Shown: one piece after another, positions 45,185-54,800 of the stretch
Numbering within the stretch: position 1 is the stretch's first letter
Layout of the letters: each line of letters begins with the position of its first letter
From: Dehalococcoidia bacterium
Lineage (GTDB): Bacteria > Chloroflexota > Dehalococcoidia > DSTF01 > WHTK01
Assembly: GCA_965225815.1 (NCBI GenBank)
Contig: CBDDBP010000006.1
Location: forward strand, 2,956 to 66,955
Length of the DNA stretch: 64,000 nucleotides
Reading direction: 5' to 3'
Made by a program: the position numbers and the translations under genes
The notes under the pieces: generated by a model
Database searches by the model: none
What the model was told of the DNA's origin: nothing
What the model saw: the letters and a program-made list of their open reading frames with translations, nothing else

Positions 45185-46198
45185 ATGAACGAACAGAAGG
45201 TCCGAGTGGCATTCATTGGCGCCGGCAAGCAGGCGAACTGGCGTCACTATCCGTCTGTGGTGAGCCAGCCGGACGTTGAGCTGGCAGCGCTGTGCGACTG
45301 GGATTCAGGCAAGGCGGCAGAGACGGCGGAGCGCTGGGGCGTGCCGAAAACCTACGACAACTACCAGAAGATGCTGGAGGAGGTCGATCCGCAGGCGGTT
45401 TACATCATCATGGGTCCAGACGCGATCCAGGAGCCTTTGACCTACGCTCTGCGACAGGGGCGCAACGTGTTCCTGGAGAAGCCGCCCGGACTGACACTGA
45501 ATCAGTTGAAGATGTTTGCCTACCACGCGGAGCAGAACGGCTGCATCAGCATGGTCGGGTGCCAACGCCGCTTTGTGCCCGCGATGACCGCGCTGAAGGC
45601 GAGGGTGGAGGAGCGCGGACCGATCCACGCCGTTGCGGTTGCGAACCTGAAATCGACGCGGGATTTCGACCGGCCGGCTTCGATGGGGGTCTTGGACCAG
45701 CTGACTTCAGACGGGATGCACGCCGTAGACAACCTGAGGTGGCTGGCCGGAGGCGAAGTCGAGAGCGTGGCGAGTCATGTCCAGACGCTGTATGCGCCGG
45801 GGCCGGTGGCCAACGCGGTCTTCGCACAGGTGACGTTTTCTTCCGGGGCGGTGGGACACCTGCAGTACGACCTCGTCTCGGGCGGATCACCGATGACGGA
45901 AGGGGCGACGGCGCCAGCGATCTTCCGATCTGAGATCCACGGACGAAACATCAGCGCCTACGTGGACGCAGAGCGAGACAGCTACATCGTCGCGGACAGC
46001 CAGGACCGCGAAGTCTTCGAATCCAAGGAGTTCGGGCTGCCATTTGGTGACACGTACAACTATTGGCTGGGCTTCTGGCACGAGAGCCGGGAGTTCATCG
46101 ATTGCGTGAAGCAAGGACGGCAACCGTCGAGCCACCTCGGCGACATGGTCAAAACGTGGGATCTGATTGAGCAGATCTACACATCAGCGAAGTCGTAA
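45185..46198 (+). CDS. Gfo/Idh/MocA family oxidoreductase
   Basis: N-terminal Rossmann RVAFIGAGKQANW, plus the EKPP motif (FLEKPPG). Confidence 0.85.
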   Translation: MNEQKVRVAFIGAGKQANWRHYPSVVSQPDVELAALCDWDSGKAAETAERWGVPKTYDNYQKMLEEVDPQAVYIIMGPDAIQEPLTYALRQGRNVFLEKPPGLTLNQLKMFAYHAEQNGCISMVGCQRRFVPAMTALKARVEERGPIHAVAVANLKSTRDFDRPASMGVLDQLTSDGMHAVDNLRWLAGGEVESVASHVQTLYAPGPVANAVFAQVTFSSGAVGHLQYDLVSGGSPMTEGATAPAIFRSEIHGRNISAYVDAERDSYIVADSQDREVFESKEFGLPFGDTYNYWLGFWHESREFIDCVKQGRQPSSHLGDMVKTWDLIEQIYTSAKS

Positions 46199-46216
46199 CG
46201 AGAGAAGGGATAGACG

Positions 46217-46765
46217 ATGCCGAGAATCGAACCGATATCCGACAAATCGCAGGTAGCGCCGGAGCACCAGGGCGTGGCGGACGCCGTACTTGAGACCTTC
46301 GGGGCTTTGCGCGGACCGCACAGCATCCTGCTGCACAGCCCGGCGATGGACAAACCGGCACTGGAGTTGGGCAACTACTTCCGGTACAACTCGGTGGTTA
46401 AATCGCCGGAGAAAGAGCTGGCGATCATCACGGGCGTGCGGGAGAAGGACAGCCTCTACATCTGGGCAGCACAGGTGGCGGCGGGCCGACGCGGCGGTCT
46501 TCGCGAAGAGGCGATCGCGGTGATCAAGGAGAAGCGCGATGTTTCAGAACTGGAGCCGTCCGAGGCGGAAATCGTGACCTACGTGCGCCAGTTGTTCCGC
46601 AACAATCGGGTGGATCAGGCGACGTACGATGCGTTGGTGAACCGTTACGGCGTGCAGTGGTTGGTCGAGATGACGACTATTGTTGGTTACTACGGGATGC
46701 TGGGGGGCGTGGTTAACGCTTTCGAGCTGCCAGCAGCGGCGGATGGAGACGTGCTGCCCGTCTAG
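46217..46765 (+). CDS. Carboxymuconolactone decarboxylase family protein
   Basis: 182 aa with the two-repeat CMD pattern (ELAIITGVREKDSLYIWAAQV...). Confidence 0.75.
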   Translation: MPRIEPISDKSQVAPEHQGVADAVLETFGALRGPHSILLHSPAMDKPALELGNYFRYNSVVKSPEKELAIITGVREKDSLYIWAAQVAAGRRGGLREEAIAVIKEKRDVSELEPSEAEIVTYVRQLFRNNRVDQATYDALVNRYGVQWLVEMTTIVGYYGMLGGVVNAFELPAAADGDVLPV

Positions 46766-46792
46766 TAGATCACCGAACGTCAGGTGATAAGG

Positions 46793-46832
46793 AAAAGGAA
46801 CCGCCTCTCTACGTAGAGAGGCGGTTCCTTTT
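46793..46832. terminator. Bidirectional rho-independent terminator
   Basis: AAAA-GGAACCGCCTCTCTAC/GTAGAGAGGCGGTTCC-TTTT, a perfect 16-bp palindrome between convergent genes. Confidence 0.85.
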
Positions 46833-46887
46833 CTAGTTAAGTCCTGCTTTGCCGGCCTACACGAGTGCGGCCGACCGGTTGGCAGTG

Positions 46888-48258
46888 CTACGAGATGACC
46901 GGCTCGAAGAGCTCTTCGGGCTGGTGCTCGATGAAGGCTGCCTGGAGGCTTTCGGTGGCCTTACGCCAGTCAACGGACCGAGGCAGGATGACGCCACCAG
47001 AGCGGTAGTGGTAGATCGTCGGGTCGTCGACGCCGGGCGGCAGCGTGCCGTTGTCGGCCAGCGCTTTCGCTGCCTTGATGAGGCAGCGGCGGGTGCGTAT
47101 GACCATCGCGTCGCTGGTGCCGAGGTGCTCGGCGGTACGTTCGGAGATGGTACCCATGCTCTCGGTGATGGCCTGGTCCTGAGTGTGAATGCCGGCGATT
47201 CCGGTGTAACTGGTGCTGTTGCTCTGAGCCTCGCGGTCGATCTGGTAGTCGTTCGCGCGGTTCTGAGTGAGGTGGAACTTGCCGGTCCAGTGGGACTCGT
47301 CCGGCAGGTACTGGAAGCCGGGCCGCTGACGCACGGGATTTGAGGCGTCGGCGCCCTTCTTCGCGGCTTCGGCGTCGCCCTGGCCGGCGCTGGCGTTATT
47401 GAAGGCGAGCGTGCTGGGCACGGCGAAGCTCCAGAACATCATGTGGTCGTCGTCGATCGGGACCCAGGCGCGAACCAGGATCTGCTGACCGAGCAATCCG
47501 GTGGGGATCATGGTGTAGAAGGGGAAGAGGAAGTGGGCGACGCGCCAGTAGTAGGTGTCCGCTTCGGCGGGCCGGTAGGTGCCGTAGGAGGTACCGAACT
47601 CGGTGTCGACTACGTCATAGCGGGGCGCCTTGTCGGCGATAGTGTAGTAGTCGAAGGACTTGGGCCTGGCTTTCTCGAGCGTGTTTGCTCCGAGGTGGAG
47701 GAAGGCGAGGTGGCTGGTGTCGATGTCGCCTTCGAGACCCTGGACCCAGTTGCAGTCGCGCAGGGCCTTTTCTACCTGGATGCCCTTCTCAGGAACCATG
47801 TTGGGCTCGATGTCCGGCAGCGGCGGCAGGTCGTTTCGGCTGCGGGTGCCCATGTAGGCCCAGACGACGCCATTGCGCTCGTGGGTGGGGTAGGCGTGGG
47901 CGCGAACCTTGCCCTTGAAGTTGGACTCGGCGGGTTCGGACGGCATGTCGACACAGTCGCCCGCGACGTCGTACTTCCAGCCGTGGTAGACGCAGCGCAG
48001 GCCTTCCTCTTCGTTGCGGCCGAAGAAGAGAGACGCGCCACGGTGGGGGCAGGCATCCGCTACGAGGCCAACGTCGCCGCTGGTGGTGCGGAAGCCTATG
48101 AGATTTTCGCTGAGGATTCGGACGCGCTGAGGAGGAGAGTCGGGGGCTGCCAGCTCGCTGGACATGAAAACGGGAATCCAGTATTGGCGAATGACGTCGC
48201 CCATGGGCGTCCCGGGTCCGACGCGGCAGAGAATGTCATTGTCTTGCTTGCTTAACAT
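46888..48258 (-). CDS. Rieske [2Fe-2S] oxygenase alpha subunit
   Basis: Motifs CPHRGASLFFGRNEEEGLRCVYHGWKY and CNWVQGLEGDIDTSHLAFLH. The second ATG (48258) is preceded by GGAGG. Confidence 0.9.
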   Translation of the reverse strand: MLSKQDNDILCRVGPGTPMGDVIRQYWIPVFMSSELAAPDSPPQRVRILSENLIGFRTTSGDVGLVADACPHRGASLFFGRNEEEGLRCVYHGWKYDVAGDCVDMPSEPAESNFKGKVRAHAYPTHERNGVVWAYMGTRSRNDLPPLPDIEPNMVPEKGIQVEKALRDCNWVQGLEGDIDTSHLAFLHLGANTLEKARPKSFDYYTIADKAPRYDVVDTEFGTSYGTYRPAEADTYYWRVAHFLFPFYTMIPTGLLGQQILVRAWVPIDDDHMMFWSFAVPSTLAFNNASAGQGDAEAAKKGADASNPVRQRPGFQYLPDESHWTGKFHLTQNRANDYQIDREAQSNSTSYTGIAGIHTQDQAITESMGTISERTAEHLGTSDAMVIRTRRCLIKAAKALADNGTLPPGVDDPTIYHYRSGGVILPRSVDWRKATESLQAAFIEHQPEELFEPVIS

Positions 48259-48423
48259 TCCGACCTCCATACGATTGGCTTCACATTGGCATAGATTCTA
48301 CTGCAATTGGCGGCAGGTTGCTTAGTCAACTTAAGGGATCGAAGGGATTACTGGGCGCGAACCGGACTCGGCTTGAGTCCTATAATCCTGTAACACAGTT
48401 AGCGCAGCGGTAGGAGGGGTCTC

Positions 48424-49329
48424 GTGACAGTCGAAGGCAAGGTGGTTCTGATTACAGGCGCCGCCCGGGGTATGGGGCGCGAGATGACGCGCGCATTCCT
48501 GGATGCGGGAGCGAAGGTGGTTGCGACGGACCTGTCGTGGATACCGACGGGTGTTTCGAACGACGACTACGATTTCCGGGCCGAAATCGAAGGCAACGAG
48601 AACGTGGTGCTGGGTGTCATGGACGTGACGCTGCAGTCGCACGTCGACGCGATTTACAACAAAACGATCGAGAAATTCGGCACGGTCGATGTGATCATCG
48701 CCAACGGTGGAACCCGGCAGCGTGATCTCTATCTGGACACGCACGGGACCATAAACGTGCTGGATACCGACGTCAGCGAGTGGGAGAAGATGTTCGGGAC
48801 GCACGTTTTCGGCAACCTGCGCGTGATCAAGAAGTTCGCGCAGCCGATGCTGGAGAAGGGGCGTGGCAGCATTGTGACCGTGGCTTCGAGCCAGGTGCTG
48901 AACGCCCACGGCGCGGGACAGGGCGAGGCCTCGGGCTACGGTTTGAGCCGGGAGGGCTCTTACCAGCCGGCGAAGCTGGCGATGTGCTCGATGACGACGT
49001 ACCTGGCGCAGGAGCTGAAGGGGGCAGGCATCGCGGCGAACGTGCTGCTGCCGGGACACACGGCGACGACGGGATCCGACGAGCAGGAGAAGGTACGCAA
49101 CGAAATCCGGGCGAGCAGCGGGCAGGCGCGGCCGAACTGGGTGCCGCGCCGGGTACGCGCCGACAACGTGGTGCCGTTGGCGCTGTTCCTGGCGGACCAG
49201 GACGCGAGCGGTGTGACGGGCCAGTGGGTCAGCGCGATGGGCTACAACGAGGAACAGGGCCTGGGCGGCTTCGAGACCTGGGGTTACGAGGCCGACATTG
49301 CGTCGGCGAAGGCAGCCGGGGCTCTTTAG
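48424..49329 (+). CDS. SDR family oxidoreductase
   Basis: Motif KVVLITGAARGMG. GTG follows GGAGG. Confidence 0.85.
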   Translation: MTVEGKVVLITGAARGMGREMTRAFLDAGAKVVATDLSWIPTGVSNDDYDFRAEIEGNENVVLGVMDVTLQSHVDAIYNKTIEKFGTVDVIIANGGTRQRDLYLDTHGTINVLDTDVSEWEKMFGTHVFGNLRVIKKFAQPMLEKGRGSIVTVASSQVLNAHGAGQGEASGYGLSREGSYQPAKLAMCSMTTYLAQELKGAGIAANVLLPGHTATTGSDEQEKVRNEIRASSGQARPNWVPRRVRADNVVPLALFLADQDASGVTGQWVSAMGYNEEQGLGGFETWGYEADIASAKAAGAL

Positions 49330-49335
49330 GGGGTT

Positions 49336-49872
49336 TTAGCCTGCCGGATCGGTGCCCGCGACTGAGAGGCGCACCTTGTCGAGGAGGCGGCGCAGCTCGA
49401 CCTGCTCAGAGGCGTTGAGTTGGCTGCAAGATGTCTGCATGAAATCGACCACCGCGGGTACGAGCCGTGCGGCCTTCTCGCTACCTTCCTGGGTTAGACG
49501 GGCGTGAACTACCCTTCGGTCGGTTGGGCTGACGACGCGCTTGACCCAACCTTCGGTGACGAGGCCGTCGATGAGCTGGGTGACGTTGGGGCCTGAGACG
49601 CTCAACACCTGCGCCAGCTCGCTCTGGGCGATGGCGTTGTCTGGGCTGAGGTAGAGGGTTCGAACAATGGTGTACCTGGGGCGGGTGAGATCGAATCCGA
49701 GGTTTTGAATCGCGGCCTCGATGCCACGCGTGAGGAGGGCGGCCGTGCTGGTAACAGCGAGATGAGCCGCCAGCGCTTCAACGTCGGCATCAGGGAACGC
49801 CCGCCTGTAGCTATCGAGCGTCCTTGTGGCCATCGGGGTCGGGAGTTGTTCGACACCGGCAGATTCATTCAT
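49336..49872 (-). CDS. MarR-family transcriptional regulator
   Basis: Winged-HTH SELAQVLSVSGPNVTQLIDGLVTEGWVKRVVSPTDRRV. ATG at 49872 lies 11 nt after GGAG. Confidence 0.85.
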   Translation of the reverse strand: MNESAGVEQLPTPMATRTLDSYRRAFPDADVEALAAHLAVTSTAALLTRGIEAAIQNLGFDLTRPRYTIVRTLYLSPDNAIAQSELAQVLSVSGPNVTQLIDGLVTEGWVKRVVSPTDRRVVHARLTQEGSEKAARLVPAVVDFMQTSCSQLNASEQVELRRLLDKVRLSVAGTDPAG

Positions 49873-49930
49873 CGCGTCCAAGGCTCCTTCGATTCCAATT
49901 CTGATTGTAAGGGATTAGTCTCAAGGCTTC

Positions 49931-49958
49931 TTGACAGCATAGGCGGAACGCTTATGAT
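49931..49958 (+). promoter_or_regulatory. Sigma-70-like promoter for the HpaB-family gene
   Basis: TTGACA (49931-49936), 16-nt spacer, TATGAT (49953-49958). The palindrome TTAAG-cat-CTTAA lies just downstream (about 49969-49981) and is a possible MarR operator. Confidence 0.45.
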
Positions 49959-50002
49959 AACCGCAATAATTAAGCATCTTAAGTAATGTGAGATTCTAAG
50001 CT

Positions 50003-51544
50003 ATGACAACAAATGAATCTGTAGAGACCTCTACGCCGGGAACAAACGGAACCAACGGTAAAGTTGCCGCGCTTGGGCCGGGCGCCATGACGGGTGCTCG
50101 CTACATTGAGAGCCTGCGCGACGGGCGCGAGGTGTGGCTGGACGGCAAGCGTATTGACGACGTCACGACGCATCCAGCGTTCCGGGACATGATCAAGTCG
50201 CTTGCTGACGTCTACGACCAGCAGAACAACGAATACCGCGACGAGATGACGTATGTCGATCCGGAAAGCGGCGTGAGGACGAGTCTTTCGTGGCTGCTCG
50301 CGACAAACTTTGAAGAATCGGCCTTGAAGCGCGTCAACAGCAAGTTGTGGAACAAACTGACCTGGGGCCAGCTGGGCCGCAGCCCTGACATCCTGGCGCC
50401 GTTCATCACCAACATGGTGCCGCGTCGTCACCAGTTCTCAGAGTTCAAGAACGACCACTGCGACTTCGGCGAGAACATCATCAACTACTACCGCTACTGC
50501 CGGGATAACGACCTGTTCCTGACACACGCCCTGGGCGACCCGCAGGTCGACCGCAGCACGCAGCCTCAAAACGAACGCCGGGCGACGCCGGAGGACGAAG
50601 AGATCGCACTGCACGTGGTGGAGGAGACGGCGGAGGGCGTCATCGTCAGCGGCGGCAAGCAGCTTTCGACGGCGGCGGTGCACAGCCACGAGACTTACGT
50701 TTCGCTTTCCGCGACGTTCTTTGCGCGCAACGACCCGCGCTTCGTGCTGGCTTTCTCGATTCCGACAAACTCCAAAGGGTTGAAGATCCTGGCGCGGGAG
50801 CCGGTGGGCCGCTGGTTCGGAAGCTGGGGGCACCCGCTACAGGGATTGGACGAGCAGGACTGCATGCTGTTCTTTGACCGCGTGCTGGTGCCCTGGGACC
50901 GGCTCTTCTTCCTATATGACTCACCTAGCCGGGTGTTTACAGCGGCGGGTCCAGGCGGCGCCACAGCCAACTTTGCGGGTTGGGCAAACCTGGAGCGCGC
51001 GCTGTTCCGCTATCGTTTGATGACGGCCGTGGCAACGATGATCACGGAGGCTATCGGTGTCAACGAGTACCGCGAGGTGAACTCGAAGCTGGGCGAGATG
51101 GCTACGAACTGCGAAATGTTGCATTTGGCGATGGACGGCCTGGAGCATTCAGGTAAGCGTTTCGGAACGCCGGCCGGGCCGATCGGCATCTGGATGGCCC
51201 AGACGACCTGGCGGATGACGGAACTGCTGCGTGAGCTGTGTGGCTCGGGTATCGTGATGCAGCCGAGTGAGAATGACCTGGCGAGTCCGGAGCTGCGGCC
51301 CTTCCTGGAGCAGTTCATGCGCGGCAAAGGCGTGGATGTTGAGTACAAGTCACGGCTGTTCCGCCTGGCGCATGACCTGGCGATGTCGTCCTTCGGCATG
51401 CGGCAGGACATCTACGAGTACTGGCACGGCGGCGACCCAAGCCGAAACCGGATTAACCTGCTGCGTGGTTACGACCAGTCAGACGTCATCGAGCAGATCA
51501 AGGAGATGATCTCGAAGCCGTTGGCGCACGGCGAGGTCGAGTAG
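50003..51544 (+). CDS. 4-hydroxyphenylacetate 3-monooxygenase oxygenase component (HpaB) family flavin monooxygenase
   Basis: 513 aa. N-terminal pattern MTGARYIESLRDGREVWLDGKRIDDVTTHPAF. Confidence 0.85.
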   Translation: MTTNESVETSTPGTNGTNGKVAALGPGAMTGARYIESLRDGREVWLDGKRIDDVTTHPAFRDMIKSLADVYDQQNNEYRDEMTYVDPESGVRTSLSWLLATNFEESALKRVNSKLWNKLTWGQLGRSPDILAPFITNMVPRRHQFSEFKNDHCDFGENIINYYRYCRDNDLFLTHALGDPQVDRSTQPQNERRATPEDEEIALHVVEETAEGVIVSGGKQLSTAAVHSHETYVSLSATFFARNDPRFVLAFSIPTNSKGLKILAREPVGRWFGSWGHPLQGLDEQDCMLFFDRVLVPWDRLFFLYDSPSRVFTAAGPGGATANFAGWANLERALFRYRLMTAVATMITEAIGVNEYREVNSKLGEMATNCEMLHLAMDGLEHSGKRFGTPAGPIGIWMAQTTWRMTELLRELCGSGIVMQPSENDLASPELRPFLEQFMRGKGVDVEYKSRLFRLAHDLAMSSFGMRQDIYEYWHGGDPSRNRINLLRGYDQSDVIEQIKEMISKPLAHGEVE

Positions 51545-51565
51545 AACAAGCACTCCGCGACTGAG

Positions 51566-51596
51566 AAAACAGCTCCTCGTTACGAGGAGCTGTTTT
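51566..51596. terminator. Rho-independent terminator between convergent genes
   Basis: AAAA-CAGCTCCTCG-tta-CGAGGAGCTG-TTTTT. Confidence 0.85.
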
Positions 51597-51677
51597 TGTT
51601 TGAGGGAATCGGAGAGCAGTCGGTGCGCGCTCTGAGATCGAGGCCTCGAGATGCCCAGTGCGAGGGGCTGAATCTGG

Positions 51678-54557
51678 TTAGAGGGGCTCTTCAAGGACGA
51701 GTAGCTGGTCGCTCTGGACGTCCTGGAGGCTCTGTACGGCGCCGGTCGGCCAGAAGACCTCTACAAGGTCGATGCTATCGGCGTCGCCGAGGCCGAAATG
51801 GACTGGGATGAGCGACTGCGACATGTGGCCCTGGGCGAGTCCGACTTGCTGGACCATGGTGACTCCATCGACGGTGACCTCTACACGGGCACCGGCCGCG
51901 AGCATGCCACGCTCGCCAGTGGTGGGCTGGACCTGGAGCCAGTGGCTGTCCGCACGGTTGGTGTTGACGAAGAGGCGAGAGATACCGGGCGTGCCGGTCA
52001 TTGAGCCCATGTTGACGACGTAGATATCGAGCGCACCGTCGCCATTGAAGTCAGCTACGACGACTTCGCGTCCGGTGCCCGGATCGTCGGTGCCGGTGGC
52101 GGGAGACACGTCTGCGAAGGTGCCATCGCCTTTATTGACGAAGAGTGCGTTGGGTTGATTCGGCAGGTGGGAGCACGGGTCGCTGTCGATCTGGCCGTTG
52201 GTCATATAGAGGTCAAGCCAGCCATCGTTATCGAAGTCAGCGAAGGTGGCGCCCCAGCCTACAGACTGGCTAACTGCACCGTTTTCGGGGATGTCGCCGC
52301 GACCAGTGCCGGTTATTTCGGTGATGTTCTCGAAGACGCCAGCCTTGTTCTCGAAGAAGCTGCTGGCACCGATGTCGGTGACGTAGAAGTCGAGGTCTTT
52401 GTCGTTGTCGTAGTCGCCGGCGGCGAGGCCCATGCCGAACATGAGACGGTTGTTGATGCTAGTGGTCTCGGTGATATCCGTGAAGTTCCAGTCGCCGCCT
52501 TCAGACGGGCCGTCGTTGCGCCAGATGACGTTTGGGTAGAGCTCGTAACCGTAGTCGTTGATGATGAAGATATCGAGGTCGCCATCATTGTCGTAGTCGA
52601 CGAAGGCGGGCTTGAACCCGGCGCCTTCGATCTTGTTCGGGTATCCCTGTCCATCGCCGAGCAGGGAGGTGGCGTCCTGGAAGGTGCCGTCGCCAGCGTT
52701 GCGGTAGAGCTTTAGGGAGCGCACGCCGCCATCGAAGTCGCGAGGTTCATAGGCGTAGTCGTGCGAGTCACTGATGGTGACACCTCTCGGGATCTCCGGA
52801 TTGGCGTAGAACTCGTCGGTACGACACTTGCGGAGGAGGACAATGGCAGTGGTGTTTTCGATGGTGAAGAGGGGCCCCACCGCGTCCAGGTGCCGGACGA
52901 TGAGGAGGTCAAGCAGACCGTCCTGGTCGAAGTCGCCCCAGGTGACGCCGGTGGTGCGATAGCCGGGTCCCGGGTCGGCCACGCCGGCGGCGTTGGTGAC
53001 GTCTGAGAAGGTCTCGTCGCCATTGTTACGGAAGAGCTTGCTACTGCCGTAATTGGCGACGTAGAGGTCGGCGAAGCCATCGTTGTCGAAGTCGCCCCAG
53101 GCGACGCCGTGTCCCCTGCCTTCGGGGTCCAAAACGCCGGCCTGAACCGCGACGTCAGTGAACCTGCCCTGGCCATCGTTGCGGTAGAGGGCGTTGTTGC
53201 CGGCGGAATTGCTGACGTAGAGGTCGATCGAGCCGTCGTTGTTGAAGTCGGCTGCCGCGGCGCCGCCACCGAGGTTGAAGAAGTTCTCGTCGCGGGTATG
53301 CTCAAACGCAACGCCGGCCTCGGCGGCGACTTCGCGGAAGGTCGGCGGTTCGCGACCGAGGCTGCGTCGTGCATCAGCCACGTCGAGGCCGGTCGGGGCA
53401 TTGAGCTGCACGTTATCAGAGCCAGGCCAGAACAAGGCACCGAGGACGAGGACGGCGAGGCCGCCGGCGACGCCGAGGCCCCAGGTTGCAGTAGCAAAGG
53501 TGGCTATGGCGCGCCGCGGGAGGAACTTGGCGAGACCCCAGAACGTGACGGGGCCTCCAGCAGCGACGGTGAAGAGGAGGGTGGCCGCCGGCGCGGTACC
53601 CATGCCGAGGATGAGGAGGACGGCGACGAGGGGAATCTCGAAGAGCAGCGGGACGTTGACGAGAATGCCGAAGGTCGCGGCGATGATGACGCCCTGGACG
53701 TCGTTACCCAGGTAGGTGGAGACGACGGACTCGTCGAGCAGCTGGATGGCGAGTCCGCTGACAAAGCCGGCGGCGATCATGATCGGCCAGAGTCGGAGTT
53801 GGTAGCTGATAGAAGATCGGGCCCAATCGCGGAAGGCTTCGCGCATGGACACCTTCCAGGTGTGCGCGTTTGGATCAGCGAAGGCATCGACGGGTGATTC
53901 TGGTGCTTCCGGCTCAGGCTCGTTGCTCTGTCCGACAGCCAGGGCAACGATACGTCCAAGGAGCATGGCGCCAATGAAGGCGAGGACGATTCGACTGAGG
54001 CCGAGGGCGGGGGCGAATACGACGAGGACCATGCCGATGGCGAGGAAGTTCATTGTGGCGGAGGACTGAACGGCGGCGATGGCACCTTCGATGCCGCCAC
54101 CGCGGCGATGAATCGACGCCGAGATCGGGACGATACAGGCGGCGCAGAGGTTCATCACGGGCCCGATCGCCATGCCTTTGACGGTGCGCTGGAATCCGGT
54201 GCCACCGAACATGAGGCCGGATGTGCCGGGCGGGAAGAAGAAGGCTTCCATCATTCCGGCGACGAGGAAGGCGAAGGTCATGCCGATGGCGACGGCTTCG
54301 ACGTAGGTCAGGGAGAAGTCGAGGACGCGCTCGAGGAAGGGCTCTGTAGGGTCCTTTTCGATGCAGAAACCCTGGAAGCACTGAATCGTCTGGCCAGTGA
54401 CGGCGTCGACGTCGCCGTCGATGGTGTCGATCTTGGGGAAGCGGTTGAAGGCGAAGAAGAGGGCGAGGAGAGTTACGAACAGGAGAAGACCAACGACGCG
54501 CTTCTTGCCGATGCCGGTGGATAGAACTTCGACGACGCGATTCTCAGAAGAGTTCAC
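51678..54557 (-). CDS. Fusion protein: N-terminal multi-pass permease (ArsP_1/PF03773-like) plus C-terminal FG-GAP/VCBS repeats with ASPIC/UnbV domain (CRTAC1 family)
   Basis: 959 aa. Residues 1 to about 390 are hydrophobic, with NLCAACIVP. At least seven D-x-D/N-x-D-G repeats follow (DFNNDGSIDLYVSN ... ADFNGDGALDIYVVN). The UnbV-like C-terminus reads HWLQVQP...LVEVFWPTG. GTG start. Confidence 0.85.
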   Translation of the reverse strand: MNSSENRVVEVLSTGIGKKRVVGLLLFVTLLALFFAFNRFPKIDTIDGDVDAVTGQTIQCFQGFCIEKDPTEPFLERVLDFSLTYVEAVAIGMTFAFLVAGMMEAFFFPPGTSGLMFGGTGFQRTVKGMAIGPVMNLCAACIVPISASIHRRGGGIEGAIAAVQSSATMNFLAIGMVLVVFAPALGLSRIVLAFIGAMLLGRIVALAVGQSNEPEPEAPESPVDAFADPNAHTWKVSMREAFRDWARSSISYQLRLWPIMIAAGFVSGLAIQLLDESVVSTYLGNDVQGVIIAATFGILVNVPLLFEIPLVAVLLILGMGTAPAATLLFTVAAGGPVTFWGLAKFLPRRAIATFATATWGLGVAGGLAVLVLGALFWPGSDNVQLNAPTGLDVADARRSLGREPPTFREVAAEAGVAFEHTRDENFFNLGGGAAAADFNNDGSIDLYVSNSAGNNALYRNDGQGRFTDVAVQAGVLDPEGRGHGVAWGDFDNDGFADLYVANYGSSKLFRNNGDETFSDVTNAAGVADPGPGYRTTGVTWGDFDQDGLLDLLIVRHLDAVGPLFTIENTTAIVLLRKCRTDEFYANPEIPRGVTISDSHDYAYEPRDFDGGVRSLKLYRNAGDGTFQDATSLLGDGQGYPNKIEGAGFKPAFVDYDNDGDLDIFIINDYGYELYPNVIWRNDGPSEGGDWNFTDITETTSINNRLMFGMGLAAGDYDNDKDLDFYVTDIGASSFFENKAGVFENITEITGTGRGDIPENGAVSQSVGWGATFADFDNDGWLDLYMTNGQIDSDPCSHLPNQPNALFVNKGDGTFADVSPATGTDDPGTGREVVVADFNGDGALDIYVVNMGSMTGTPGISRLFVNTNRADSHWLQVQPTTGERGMLAAGARVEVTVDGVTMVQQVGLAQGHMSQSLIPVHFGLGDADSIDLVEVFWPTGAVQSLQDVQSDQLLVLEEPL

Positions 54558-54688
54558 GATTTAAAGATACGCCGCCGGAGTCTACTTGCAAGATCGTCCT
54601 CTCCGGCTCGGGGAGGCAGGAGGAACCAGAGGAGCAAGAGCCCGACGAAGACTGCTACCGGAATGACGTAATCGAGCGATGGGAGCAC
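54554..54688 (-). CDS. Possible 44-aa single-TM peptide translationally coupled to the permease-CRTAC1 gene
   Basis: GTG at 54688 lies 8 nt after AAGGA. TM segment VIPVAVFVGLLLLWFLL. Its TGA overlaps the downstream GTG (GTGA). Confidence 0.35.
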   Translation of the reverse strand: MLPSLDYVIPVAVFVGLLLLWFLLPPRAGEDDLASRLRRRIFKS

Positions 54689-54742
54689 TGCTGGCGTCCT
54701 TGTGGGTGGTATCGGCGGAGTTGAGGATGCTGACTTGAGACA

Positions 54743-54774
54743 AAAGGGCCGCGGATTTGTTCCGCGGCCCTTTT
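54743..54774 (-). terminator. Rho-independent terminator of SBP-1
   Basis: AAAA-GGGCCGCGGA-tttgt-TCCGCGGCCC-TTTT. Confidence 0.8.
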
Positions 54775-54800
54775 GCTGAATCCGGTTTGGTGCGTAGGCC

